Source of the DNA: Chiloscyllium plagiosum
Taxonomy: Eukaryota
NCBI RefSeq assembly: GCF_004010195.1
Contig: NC_057718.1
Coordinates: forward strand, 17,425,257 to 17,489,256
Length of the DNA: 64,000 bases
Direction: 5' to 3'
In this document: in pieces, positions 36,575 through 50,041 of the stretch
How positions within the stretch are numbered: the first letter of the stretch is position 1
How the letters are laid out: each line of letters starts with the position of its first letter
Position numbers and translations under genes: made by a program
The notes under the pieces: generated by a model
Told to the model about the DNA's origin: nothing
Databases searched by the model: none
The model's input: the letters and a program-made list of their open reading frames with translations, nothing else

Positions 36575-39169
36575 GAAGATGCTAATTGCTAAGTGCAATC
36601 TGTTCGAGTAATTATAATTCGTGGAAGTTGTCTTTATGTTGAAAATAATAAGGGATCTTCACTATAAACAGTAATGGTGGAAGAAGATGATCGACCAAAA
36701 GAGGTGGGGGTGTGGGTAAATATTGGCTTTGCTGGTGGTATCCATGTCCTGATAGTTTTTAATTTTTTAAAAAGGAAGAGAACAAAGGGATATTTCTGTG
36801 TTACTGTAATGGGCACTATGTGATGTGTAGCAGTAAGGAAAAAAAATGAATAAAATTGAAAATGTGAGCAATGAGTCAGAGTTCTTTGATGAGTTGTAGC
36901 CTTATGTCCAGCAGGTAAGTTACCATCAATCACTTAGGTGCTATCATTGCCAAATGACCACATTCCTTATCAGTACTATTATAACTGTGGTGGAAGGAGT
37001 GCACTAATAATTAAACCCTACTACTGAACCCGTGGCTCTGTTAGTATATATTTGATGATTCAGTCACCAAAATGGCCAATTGCTTCTCTCTTGTACTACT
37101 GTGTACGACAAAAGAGGCTTTCCCCAGGCTTGTTTAATGAACTAAAAATATTACTTTATTCTAAATACAAGTGACAAACTCTGGTTAGCATCTCAGGTAT
37201 AATCTAAATTTGAAACTGTCATCCCTTTTAATCCTAAACACAGACACACAGCACAAAAAACACCAGTTTCTGCAGAGATGATAGCTTTGGGGAAAAAATA
37301 AAGTCGGCCAAGGGTCTGAAAGTGCAGGATAGGATGCAATGACATTTCACAGACCATCAGGTTTCCAGATGACAAAATGCAATTACTAACAGAAGTGGAC
37401 TAATGGAAGGTGTTCAGTTCTGATTGCAATCAACTAGATCAAAGCCTATGGAAATCGGTCACAGAACAGCTTTTCAGATTTTGCAAGGTTTTCAGAATTA
37501 CTAGTAGTTGAAAACATTATCAAGTTCCCAGGAACATTTCCAGAGAAAAGGTGAGAGACTTGTAGCTTCTGACTACTTCGGTATGTACAACAGAAAGCTA
37601 TGTCCAGAAAGGGTTGCTAAATAACTATTAACTATTTGCAAAATCAGGTTTTCCAGTAATTAAGGGCATTAAGTCCCAGCTCTTAAGTCTTTGAAAGCTT
37701 TGCTTGACTTTTCTCGAGAATAATATTTTTTTTCTGTCAATGACAGGTGGCTTACAGCACAGATTAAGCAGTTGACTTAATTCCTTGATAAACCCACATG
37801 GTAAACCCTTTCCAATCTGGAAAATGTTCAAACCATTCATATGCTCCAATGTTTCCACATAGTCCTTAAATATACATTCCCAACAGTACAGCAAAGTAAT
37901 TTAAACATCATTCAGTATTTGGCTATTTTGGAATATCTGAGGGTGTTTTGAGTTCAGGAACATAAATGATATTGCTGATAATGATTGGGTGAGGTACCAT
38001 GGCATCTTAAAACTTGTCTAATTGAGCTACATGATCAGAAAAGAAATTTCTGGAGTTTTCTTTTAATTTATACAGTGGTTTTTATCTCCTTTTTATTTTG
38101 CCTTTGTCAAGCAATTGCAATGGAGGCTAAATTCATGGAGTACGGGGTATATAACATTTCTGAATGTGATAATGCTAAGTTCATGAGAGGGGTCATTTCT
38201 TAGCTGTTTTCTGATGCATTGTACATGCCAGAAATTAGTGACATCTTCCCTGGTGCTTCTGAAGGTTAGACTTGTAGGAGAGGAGATAATGGCAAGCAAG
38301 TTCTGCCAGTTGGAGATATCAAATTTGTCAATCCATAGTTGTAAGTGAATTGAGGAATTTGATTTAAATTCTGTAGCATGAAGTAATGTGCTTCAGAATT
38401 TTAAACCATGATCTACTGAGCTTGTAATATTATCCCACACATTTGAAGTCATTTTAGTCATTTTATCTGTTTTTGGCTTCTGAAAACCTAATTCCCTGCC
38501 TTCTAGTACATTCCTCTGCTCCATTAATCCATTTGTCCAATAAGAGAGGTCTACTAGAATTTTGCCTGGTGATAAAGTTTCCAGTATTTCATATGAACGT
38601 TCTTGATAAAATACTCTTCAAAAGATGAAGGAGATGCTGCAAGTTTGCAAAAAAAAAATTTAGCAGATTCTCAAAACTGCCTGAGATGGTCCAGATGAAC
38701 AGAAACAACAAATTCATACTGGGATCAGTACCCTTGAGAGTTGTTAAACCAGACTTGTAAAGGGCTTTACACCAAATAATACAGGGTTTGGGGCTACAAT
38801 AGAGGAAGAGTTTACAAGAGTATAAATTCAGAAGTAGATGAGAAAAGACAATTAGCTATACCGCAGTGATAATCAAAGCATGACAGGAAGGAACAAATTG
38901 TGCAAGCGTAAGAGTGCACCAGAAAATATGATCACAGTACAGAAAAATGACAATTTCAGGAAACAGGAGAAATTAGTGCTTAAGGCATTACAGATGTACA
39001 GTGATTTGGAAAGTAATTGAATTGAATTATATAAAAACCACTTGGAATTAGTAATCATAATACAATTGAATTTCACATTGTTAGAAAACCGTGTACTGCA
39101 ATCACAAACAACAACTTTAAACCAAAGCCAATCACATAACCTTTTCTGAGCTGCCTCCAAAGAAATTAT

Positions 39170-40290
39170 CTTTCCCCAAATAAGGGGACCAAAATTACTC
39201 TCAGTACTCCAGAAATGGTTTCATCAACATCTTTGTAAAATTACAGTAAGACTTCCCTACTCATACTTCACTTCAAGGGAGTTGAAGGCCACATTCCAGT
39301 TGTCTTCCTGATTGCCTGCTGCATTTGTTTTAGTTTTCTGCATTTCATGCACCAGTACTCTGCACTTCTCCATTTTTTTTTGTTCTCCCTTCCAAAGCAA
39401 ACAACCTGTTGAAGGCATCAATTGAACCTGCCTCCATCAAATTCCCAGGGACTACTTGCAGTGGGAAAAAGTTTTTCATTCATCACTCTTGATTCCTTTG
39501 TACACCACTTTAAGTCAATGCCCTCTCGTTCTCATTCTTTCCCACCCATTCATGATTTTGAAAAGCTGTACCAAATCATCGCTTGGCTGCCTTCTCTCTT
39601 GTGAGTACAAATGTAAAGCAAAGTATATGTCCAGATGAATAAAGTCCATCCTCCGGTTCTAAAAGAGATTGCTGCAGAGAATTTTCTTTTATATTTATTA
39701 TTGGTGTTGTTTGCTGGGCCAGCATTTGTTGTCCATTGCTGAATGCCTTTGAGGCATTTGTCTTTAACTGCTGCAGTCTGTGTTTCGAATAGATACACCC
39801 ACAATGATATTAGGAAGCGAGGTCCTGGATTTTGACCAGCAAAACTGAAGGAAAGCAATATGCTGACTCTGATTTTCCAGAATTCCCTGTATTCTGGAAT
39901 AGCCCAATAGAATGGAAGCTAGCAAATGAAAGAAAAATAGGAAAGGAACAAAATCCTTAGGGAAGAAGAACATGTTTTGCCAGTATGTAGAACCTCCAAA
40001 AAGGGAGAGGGGTAGATACGGACCTATTCAGAAATTACCCCGGGCAGACATGAAAGTGGTTTCTTTCTGGAAATTCACTTTGGGGGGGGAAAATGCACTT
40101 TTGGCCAATAATAGTTAGTTCTCATAAGAAACATAGAAAATAGAAGTACGAGTAGGTCATTCTATCCTTTGGTCCTGCTCCGTCATTCGGTAGGATTATG
40201 ACTAATTCTCTATCTTGGTGCCATATCTCGCTTTCTCCCAAATCCCCTTGATGCCTTTTAAATCTAAAAACATATCTGTCTTCCTTGGAG
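39170..40290. mobile_element. Cluster of nested old CR1-group LINE fragments
   Basis: Minus-strand fragments at ~39170-39600, ~39700-39860 and ~40130-40290. Plus-strand RT pieces at ~39620-39680 and ~39860-39930. Confidence 0.5.
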
Positions 40291-40423
40291 AAACAAAAGA
40301 ACCAGGTGTAGAAAGTTTAGATGGCTGTTGTTCTAGCATTCTGTTGCATGTAGGCATGTCACTAGACATTCTATTGTAGCTGTCCTGAAGATATGCAATA
40401 AATCTTTAAAGGACATGCTCATG

Positions 40424-40472
<49 letters not shown>
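40424..40472. repeat. (TCA)16 microsatellite
   Basis: Read directly from the sequence. Confidence 0.97.
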
Positions 40473-41944
40473 ATCATGGTCATATAATGATATAAAGGAC
40501 TTGGTTTCTATCTTACTAAGCCCTCTTGAGCATGACTGAGAGAAGCATGCTGTAAGTGCATTGAAATTGCGTTGCTTGAGCCCAGCTATGCAAGTGCCTG
40601 TGATTGAAGTCTATATATGTAGATAAAGCATTTGGACAGCCAACCTCAGCAAGTTTAACAGTGTACAGATCAACCTAAATAGGCAGGAGTCAAGACCTAT
40701 CAAGCTAGACGCTTTGTTTATTTTGATAAAATTTTAAAAAAAGGTTTACCTTGCTACCTGACATTAAAAGTTCCGGTTGAGCTGTTAGAATACTTATTGT
40801 ATGTTTAAAAGCAAAGTCAAGCAAGTAAAAGGTTTCCGACAGTCTTCAAGCTAAAACCAGCAGTGAGTGGATATTGTGAGCTTAGCTACAGAGCCTTACT
40901 TTTTGGAAACACACGTTTTCAAACATGAGCGTATTATGAAATCGCCCACAGATAAAATAGAAATGCATTACACACTATCTTAGTATTGTTACAGAGGCTT
41001 CATATGTAATTTTTTTTAGGACATGCGTGTTGAAGGAATATGAAAAAATATTGATTTTAAAGTTCTGTAAAGACACCTGGATAATTTTTTTTTAATTGAT
41101 GAGATACAATGCGCCTTTTGTTTTAAGGTACTTCCAGGAAACCACAGTTTCAATTGCTGGACTTATTTGTTGGTGGTCGCCTAAATGAGCTTTATGGATG
41201 TTCTATCTGACAGTGTTTTGCACGCAGTTGGAGATTTTGGTTTTCTGTTGGAGGAAGCCTAGTGAAGAACAGGCTGCTCAGGCCATTGCTGCTGTTTCTG
41301 AAGTACCTTTGTGTGAATCTGGTGAGAAACTTATCTGTCCTCTTTAAGAGCATCTGGAAGACTTCTCAATTCTACTTTGAGAAAGCAGACTCAAGCAAGT
41401 CCTAAAGACAACTGGCATGTGATGTAATAACAAGTAACATAGCTAGCGATCGCTAACTGTTGTTAAGTGATATTTATGTTGACCTCAATAATGTAACAAA
41501 TGAGTTATTGGTCACCTAGTACTGAAGTAGCCAAGACCTGAATGGCTTACTTCTATGTCTTACAATTATTACTGGTATTAATGTGTACAAAATTAGATTT
41601 ATAACTCAATCTCTTTGTCTGTTGTGTAATTGTGGACTTTGCATACCTGTTTTATTCTCTCCTGTCTTTGAAGAAAGGAGAGGATTTTCATTTTCAATCT
41701 CACCACAGTGAATGTGGTTCAAATCTCATTGGTAGTTACAATGCTGAGATCTATCCATAGAGGTAGTCCTACCATTTCTGGGCCTTTAGTATCTACCAAG
41801 TAGAAGATTCAGGAATCCAAGTTGAAATTGCATACTACCACTGCACATAATTGATGACCCTGTGAGGTGTAAGATGGTTATAATAAGTAGTATCATGCAG
41901 TGCCTCTTCTTGTGGTACATCTTCTCTGATCATTCTGATAAGAT

Positions 41945-43380
41945 TTTGAATTGGGCATTGCTGGCTGTACCAGCATTTATTGCCTCACTTGGATTGCCTT
42001 TGAATGGTGGTAGTGAGTTGCCTTCTCGAACAGCTGCAGTCCATCTACTGCAGGTAGATCTATAATGCTATTAGGGAGTGAATTCCAGCATTTTGACCCA
42101 TGACACTGAAGGATTGGTGATATATTTTCAAGTCAGGATGGTGATTGGTTTGGAGGAGGGCTTACAGGTGATAGTGTTCCCAATGGGCGGCATGGTGGCA
42201 CAGTGGTTAGCACTGCTGCCTCACGGTGCCAGAGACCAGGGTTCAATTCCCGCCTCAGGCGATTGTCTGTGTGGAGTTTGCACATTCTCCCGGTGTCTGC
42301 GTGGGCTTCCTCTGGGTGCTCCGGTTTCCTCCCACAATCCAAAAAATGTGCAGGTTAGGTGAATTGGCCATGCTAAATTGCCCGTAGTGTTAAGTGAAGG
42401 GGTAAATGTAGAGGAATGGGTCTCTGGGTGAGTTGCGCTTCAGCGGGTCGGTGTGGACTTGTTGAGCCGAAGGTCCTGTTTCCACACTGTAAGTAATCTA
42501 ATCTAATCAATAATTTGCAGTCCCTGTCTTTCTCGAAGGAAGTCGCCATGAGTTTGGAACGTGCTGTCTCAGGAGCCTTGGTGAATTTCCATCACTTCCT
42601 TAACTTCTGGCTTTGTAGATGGTTGACAGGCTTTGGGAGTCTGTGAATGAGTTAGTCATGCAGGATTTCTAGCTTCTGACCTGCTCTTGGAACCAGTGTC
42701 TGCATTCCAGTTTAATTTCTGGTCAATCGTAAATCCCAGGTTATAGATGGTGCAGAATTCAGTGATCGTATCATCATTGAATGTTAAAGAATGATGATTA
42801 GATTCTCTCTTGTTAGAGATGATCATTGCCTGGGATTTGTGTGGAGTGAATATTACTTGCAGCTTTTCAGCTCAAGCCTGAATATTGTCCAGGTCTTGCT
42901 GTATTTGGATTTGAACGTGGACTGCTTCAGTATCTGAGTCGTCATGTATGGTGCTAAACACTATGCAATCATCAGCAAATATTCCTTCTTCTGAGCTTGT
43001 GATAGAGGGAAGATTGTTGAAGCAGCTAAAGGTGGTTGGACTGAGGGTACTACCTTGAGGATCTCCTCTTGCGCAGTGGTAGTGCCCTAAGCAGGTCAAG
43101 ATTGAAGTTCTGCCTGCTCCAGAGATGTGTGGTGACAGAAATGAACAGGTTGATTTAGAAAATATCTACCGTGAAGAACTCCTGCAGAGCTGTCCTGGAG
43201 CTGAGATGACTGACTTTGAACAACCATAACTATCTTCCTTTGTGCTGTATAAATCCCTAAACAGCAGAGTTTTCCCCTTGATTCCCATTGACTCTGATTT
43301 TGTTAAGGCTCCTCAATGCCACACTCAGTAAAATATGGAATTGATGTCAAGGGCAGTTCCTTTCATCTCCCTTCTGGATC
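41945..43380 (-). mobile_element. Old CR1/L2-group LINE with nested SINEs
   Basis: PQGSTLSPTTFSCF...IFADDC RT motifs at 42872-43070 and the 3' tail at ~41950. Interrupted at 42185-42508 and ~43068-43170. Confidence 0.8.
42185..42508 (+). mobile_element. HE1-type SINE, full length
   Basis: TGGCACAGTGG A box, GGTTCAATTCC B box and (AATCT)n tail. Confidence 0.9.
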
Positions 43381-43599
43381 AATGTAGTAATTTTGGCTTT
43401 CAGGATATGTCTACCTGCCTTTGGAATATGCACTGTTGATGGTTATTAAAACTTCTGGTTGTCTTATACCATTGATATAGTGCATGAGGTGGACTGAGAG
43501 AGGCTTGGTCATCTTCCAAGCATTTTTGGTTTATTGATTGTTCGCTCGTTTGACTGGCATTCTGAGCTGCCTGTGTTATACCACCTTAGTGTTCACCTG

Positions 43600-44200
43600 A
43601 GTCTTGTTCCAAAGTCTGACATGACTTGGAAATCAGACTTTCTGCGCATGTATGCCCAATGTCCTTTGATACTACATGTTTTGCAGATGTGAAGAAACAC
43701 TAGATAACCTCTGGGTTGGTGCAACAAAAAGATCATGTTGATTAGGTACACTTTTCTTCTGACTGTAGCAGTAGTGATGTCTGCACCAAAATGATGTAAT
43801 TGATGTTTGTCGGCCATTATGGCTTGATGCTGGCATCCATCTTTTGAGAAATGTGTCAATGGTACTGTTTCTTGCTTAGAAGTTCTTTCCTGAAAACTTT
43901 GAAGTAGAAGAGATTATCAATTCCATTAGCCTTTCTGCAAACCCATTAACGAAATTACACTGATACTGTTATGTTGTGGCATCTGATGATAAAGTTGGCA
44001 AAAGACTCTTGGGGTTTCTGTCGCAATGGATTGAAGTCTGTTAATCTGAAAGTTGATTTTTGCCTTGAATTGGTCTTTAATTACTTTTCAAGTCTTCTCT
44101 GGATCTTTTTTTTCTCATTCTCAGACTGGGATATATTTATTCTGTGAAGCACGCATTGCTTAAATAGCTGTAATTCCATGACAATGTTAATTATTACATG
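43600..44200 (-). mobile_element. Ty3/Gypsy gag fossil
   Basis: RQKPQESFANFIIRC (43979-44023), ERLMELIISST, FRKELLSK and a decayed CCHC knuckle CKTCSIKGHWAYM(R) (43644-43685), in gag order. Confidence 0.6.
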
Positions 44201-45096
44201 ATCTAAATTTAAATGTTTGTCTTGCATTTCTTGCTGGAGGCTTCTTCCTTTGTTCAAGGTGAGCAAAGGGCTTGTTTAATCCTTTCACTTGGTTCATTGT
44301 TCTGTCTTTTAATTTTTTCCTTTATTTTTTCCTGTTTTACATTTCATGGTTGAGACTTCTAACAAATTAGGAACTATAATATGGAACTATTGAACATTCT
44401 GGATTTCAAAGACTTAATGTGTTTTCTTGGAATTCTTCACAGTATTGTGAGTTTTAACTCATATAATTACGGAAAGTCAGGTAACTTATTAATAGAGACG
44501 AACATCACTTTTGAGAGGTTAAAACATGAGGTTCATTGCTTTAATTGCTGTACAGACTTGGTTTAGAAGAGATGAGTTTATATGCTGGAGGTTGCTCAAC
44601 AACATGCTTTTGGGATAGTTTTTCTTAAGAGCACCTGAACCTGTCAGTAAATGGAAAATCCTTGAAGTTTGCAGTGAACAAGAGTTTCCCTCTCCTGGAA
44701 AAGTAGGATGACACCTTAGAGCAGAACCAGCTGAAAAGATCACTCTTTCTCAATTAAGTATTTCTGGGAATCTGAGAAGATTTCAACTATCAGTATCTGA
44801 TTACCTCATAAACCCTGAAAGCTGAAATAGTACTTTTATTAGGAGATCTCGGTCTAAATAATTTTTCATCTGAAGTGTAGTCTGGTGTGAAGATTTTCCA
44901 TCATTCTACAGTGGTCACTAATTTGATCTTGTTGACAGGACACTGGGGGAGCCTTGAAATCATCCAATATTGTCCTCTGAGTTTGGACCCTTGGCACAGG
45001 GGTGCTGTTTACTCCTTTAGCATTTGTTTTTAAAGCCTTATCATCTCTGCAGAGTTGAATTCTCTCATGAATGTGTTTAGGTTGAAAGGGATATAG

Positions 45097-45285
45097 AGCT
45101 GAAAATGTTTTGCTGGAAATGCGCAGCAGGTCAGGCAGCATCCAAGGAACAGGAGAATCGACGTTTCGGGCATAAGCCCCGAAACGTCGATTCTCCTGTT
45201 CCTTGGATGCTGCCTGACCTGCTGTGCTTTTCCAGCAACACATTTTCAGCTCTGATCTCCAGCATCTGCAGCCCTCACTTTCTTC
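45097..45285. mobile_element. PLE family A fold-back element
   Basis: Perfect 15-bp TSD TTGAAAGGGATATAG at 45082-45096 and 45286-45300. Arms 45095-45170 and 45178-45253, plus a 32-nt tail. Confidence 0.93.
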
Positions 45286-46895
45286 TTGAAAGGGATATAG
45301 TTTAATTCAAGATTATAGCTTAGTTGTTCACTAGTTTTGCCACATCATTTATAGAATTTATTATTTTAAAACAAGTTATTTTTGAGTTTACTGAAGAAAC
45401 CTGGTAAAACTCTTTTATTCTCGACTGTAGTAATAAAGAGTTACAATTTGGCTATTTTGGTGATTGAATCAAAGTATTTAAACTCATTACATATATAATG
45501 GAGTACTTGTCCCTAATTACCAGTACATTCCTCCTATCGGAGTCATGAAGAAGTTTGGGGCTCATCCAAGATCTCAAAATTGAAACTGCACATGGACGAA
45601 TAGTTATTGATAAAGCATAGGGGGACAATTACCAGGTTACTCATATTATAAAACTAGAGTAGCATTGGAAGCATCATTCTTGCAGGTGGAGGAGATCTCC
45701 CTGGTTGGTTTATAACATTTGGTGGTAATCACTAAGAACATACTGCCCTCGAGGTTAGTGGATGGGGAAATAAATCAATCATTTTAAAAGAAAATTGGAT
45801 GGGTTTTGACAAAGATAAGGGCTGTGGGGACCAAGTGGGAGAGTGGTACTGTCTGTTTGCTCCACAGGGAGCCAGCTTGGACTGAGTACATTAAATGGCC
45901 TTTTTGGCCATAAATGCCTCTGATGTGGAGGCCTGGGACCTGCAGCATTTGAGGGTGGTGGAACCTGAGGAAAATGATCAAAAGTACAAATAAATTTACA
46001 GTCACACTTTCCAAAATGAAGCCTTTCCTGTTTTTTTGGATGAGGTATATGTTGTAACCCTCTTAGCTGTGAAGCAGTGTAGATTCCAATTTCTGTTGGA
46101 CTTGAGGAAAATCTTTCTGGTGTTTCTATCATGCCTTGTGACTGTGAAATCTTCAAAATAAGTTTGTACACTGCTCTTTATTAAACTATTCATTCTAACT
46201 TTGGAAAACGTTAGCAAGATAGGAACAAGAGTAGACCATTCAACCTTCCAAGCACGTTCTGTCATTCGTTTTGATGTTTACTAATCTGTATCTCATCTTA
46301 TTTTACGCATCTTAATTTCATTACTTTTAAACTCCTCTTTAAAAAGTGAATCTTAGTTTTGAGGTTTTCAATTGACTCCCAACCTCCACAGCTTCTTGGG
46401 GGATAAGATTCTAATTTTCCACGAAAATTTCTGGAAATGAGTACTTCTTGACATTATTTTGAAGGATCTATATATAACATTAAGGTTTATTGAAAGTTGT
46501 CAACTCTTTCACCTGAAAACATAGGGTAGATAAAGGGAAACATATATCTTTCAATGGTCATAAACACCTCAATTAGATCAGCTTCTGATCTGTTCACAAG
46601 AAATTATGCATTTTCTTCATGATTTATTCCTTGCCTTGGTAGCATTTTGACCCCTACCTTCCTAGGCAGGTATTTAATTTCTATGGTGTAATGCACAAAA
46701 CTGAAAGTAGAAGTCCAAATACAATATTAGAGCTTCATATAAATATAATATAACTTGTACAAATTCAGTCTAAAAATCTCCAATTTGTCTTATGTAATCC
46801 AAGGCAACCATTCTTTGATGTAATTGGATCGACCTGAAATCACCTTTTTAACAATGTTGTGAATTAGATTAACATGCATGATTCACAGATTTTCT

Positions 46896-48060
46896 TAGAG
46901 TCATAGAGACGTACGGCACGGACACATGTGTTGGTCCAACTTGTCCGTGTCGACCAGATATCCTAACCAAATCTAGTCCCATTGGCCAACGCAAGGCCTA
47001 TATCCCTTCAAACCCCTCCTGTCAACAACTTGCCCACTACCGATGTCAGGCTCACCAGTCTATAGTTCCCTGGCTTTTCCTTGCCATCTTTCTTAAATAG
47101 TGGTACCATGTTAGCCAACCAACAGTCTTCTGGCACCTCACCTGTGACTATGAATAACATATCTCAGCAAGGGGCCCAGCAATCACTTCCCTAGCTTCCC
47201 ACAGAATTCTAGGGTACACCTGATAAGGTTCTGGGGATTTATCCACTTCTATGCATTTCAAGACATCCAGCACCACCTCCACTGTATTTTGGACATTTTT
47301 CAAGATGTCGCCATCTATTTCCCTACATTCTGTATCTTCCAAGTCCTTTTCCATAGTAAACACAGATGCAAAATACCCGTTTAGTATCTCGCCCATCTCC
47401 TGTGGCTCCACACAAAGGCTGCCTTGCTGGTCTTTGAGGGGCCCTGTTCTTTCCCTAGTTACCCTTTTGTCCTTAATCTAGTTATAAAATCCCTTTGGAT
47501 TCTCCTTAACCCTATTTGCCAAAGCTATCTTGTCCCCTTTTTGCAATCCTGATTTCCCTCTTGTGTACTCCTGCTGCACTTATACACTTCTAATACACTT
47601 CGATCACTCCTGTCTATACCTGACATAGGTTTCCTTCTTTTTCTTAACCAAAACCTAAATTTCTTTAGTCATCCAGCATTCCTTACACCTACCAGCCTTT
47701 CCTTTCATCCCAACAGGAATGTTCTGTCCCTGGACTAACCTAATCTCATTCTTGAAGGCTTCCCATTTTCTAGCCATCGCTTTACCTGCGAAAATCTGCC
47801 CTCAGTCAGCTTTTGAAAGTTCTTGCCTAAAACTGTCAAAATTTTCTTTCCTCTAGTTTAGAACTTCAACTTTTAGATCTGCTCTATCCTTTTCTATCAC
47901 TATTTTAAAACTAATAGAATTATGATCGCTGGCCCCAAAGTGTTCCCCCACTGACACCTCAGTCACCTGCCCTGCTTTATTTCCCAAGAGTAGGTCAAGT
48001 TTTGCACCTTCTCTAGTAGGTACATCCCCATAGTGAATCAAAAAATTTTTTTGTACACAC
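46896..48060 (-). mobile_element. CR1 LINE with most of the RT deleted
   Basis: The 3' tail (46896-~47022) abuts sequence equivalent to window positions 1-130. Endonuclease-end motifs PTREGAKLDL and GASDHN are present. Confidence 0.85.
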
Positions 48061-49000
48061 ATAATTATTGTTATTTCTTACTTGCCTGGCAGACCAAATA
48101 AAATGCACAAGTGACCATATAAAACATTTTTGACATCCTATGAAATCTTGTGATCAGTTTATGTGTCAATAAAAACACAGGAAAGAAGAATGTAATGTTA
48201 ATAGCTCTCAAACAAATTTAGCTGCCAGTGCACATTTTAAATCTGCACTACCTGCAAATGAAATGTAGTTGAGTTGCAACTGCAAGTCAAACATGAGATA
48301 AGAATTTATAGAAACAGTCAATTATGAACCTGTTTTTTGCCACATTTTCATAAACAAATTCACTGGTTTAAACGTTTAGGTGGGATGACTGTTATTTAGT
48401 CTTGGTAAAATATTGTGACTTTTCGGCTCTGTACTGAAATTACGTTTTTTTCGTTAAACACTCAGCATTTAAGAACTAGAGGCCTGGTACCCCAGTTTTA
48501 ATGAGAAAAAAAACTTAAGAGCCTTTCTTCAACTGTAAATACTATACACTGCTTGTTAATCTTCCAAATAAAACTGATGGTACTTCATTCTATCATTGAC
48601 TGTTTTGTAAGTGCTGTACAAATTCATCCATCCTCTTTTTTTTTTCCTCTCATGTTTGTTTAATATAGATGTATACATCGTCGTATCTGTTATTTAGCTG
48701 TTCGGGTACAACAACTGTGTGTACCAATTAGTTCCCTGCTTGTTTGAGTTTCGAAGTTTCAACATTTTAACATTACCACCATCTGAGTGAAACCAATGTA
48801 ATGGTGTAATTGAGTCTGTTACGATAGAACTTGACTAGAAGGCATTGCTTAGCCTCTTTCCTCCAGCTGGCTTTAGCCTACAGCGATTTGGGATAGTGGT
48901 AGTGTTGATGCATAAGTGCAAATAAAAATTAGCAATTATATACCAACATTTCATATGGCAGAACATTATTTTACTATATATTTTGTTCTCTTTATGACAG

Positions 49001-49076
49001 TATTTAACAACAGTCATCCCTTATGAGAAGAAGGCTGGACCCCCATCTGTAGAAGATCTTCAAATTTTGACCAAAA
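49001..49076 (+). CDS. FEZ2: FEZ2 coding exon (76 nt), YLTTVIPYEKKAGPPSVEDLQILTK(I)
   Basis: Acceptor tttatgacag and donor A|gtgagt. Matches the conserved FEZ C-terminal motif. Confidence 0.96.
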
Positions 49077-50041
49077 GTGAGTGACAGTGATTTTATAAAA
49101 TACAAAGAGAGGACTTTGCTCTCAAAACATTTGTTTTGTTATTATGTCTAGTAAATTATAATTGCAGCCTTTTTATTCTCTGATGTACTGGGAATAAATC
49201 ATATTTCCCTTGTATGTTTGTGCTTCATTCCTCTGGGTGAGATAAAAACCAATTCAAATAGATGCAGAACTTTAAGCTATAATTTGGTTACTCTAAATAT
49301 GTCTAAAGAGGTTAACCAATTAATTTTGGCCCATAGGTAACTATTGATATTCCAATAGCCCATAGTCCTGAAAATGAAAAGGTCAATAATCCAAATCACT
49401 ATTGACTGAAAACCTATCTATAAATAAGCTTGGTTCACCATTCCCAAGTGTTGATCTTAAAGTTTCAGGCATCCCACTCTGTGCAGTCAGCTTGGTGAGG
49501 CCCGGTATGGCATTAGATGTATCAACAGTACCATTAAGGTACTAGAAAATAATCCTGTAAGATTGCTGCTTTTTAATCCATGAAGCAAGTGCTTCAGGAT
49601 CTTCTGGCACTCTTAAATTAATGGTTTGGCATATGTTCTCGGTCTTTGTGGGTATTTTTACAGCAATGATTTGTATGTGAATATCACAGTACCTTTGTAT
49701 CCAGTTTCTCTAACAAAGGCAGCAGGACTGAATCTGGAGCCTATTTTAAGGAAGAATCAGGTTTTGTTGTGTTAAGGTGTTCAGAAATGAAAGTCAGATG
49801 AACTATAAAATGGGCTGTCCATTTCATCTCACCTGTTTTGTGCTATTGTCAAAAAGATTTATTTATCACAATCTTTTCCAAAAAAAAGCTCTGTATTTGG
49901 AGGCCAAATCTGAAACTACCTGCAGTGCTATCATCTGTTGCAGAAGTAGTGAGCACACAGCTGTCACTGATATGAGATATTCATTGATGCCCACTTTTAT
50001 TTAAACATTTGTACATATTTATTTAGTTTATGTTTGTGACT

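Noticed and set aside
42185..42260. tRNA genes
   Set aside because: The A/B boxes are SINE heads continuing into HE1 bodies. No complete cloverleaf was found.
45095..45253. miRNA precursor or MITE interpretation of the hairpins
   Set aside because: The arms are PLE terminal-repeat sequence with variable 10-16 bp TSDs and an asymmetric tail.
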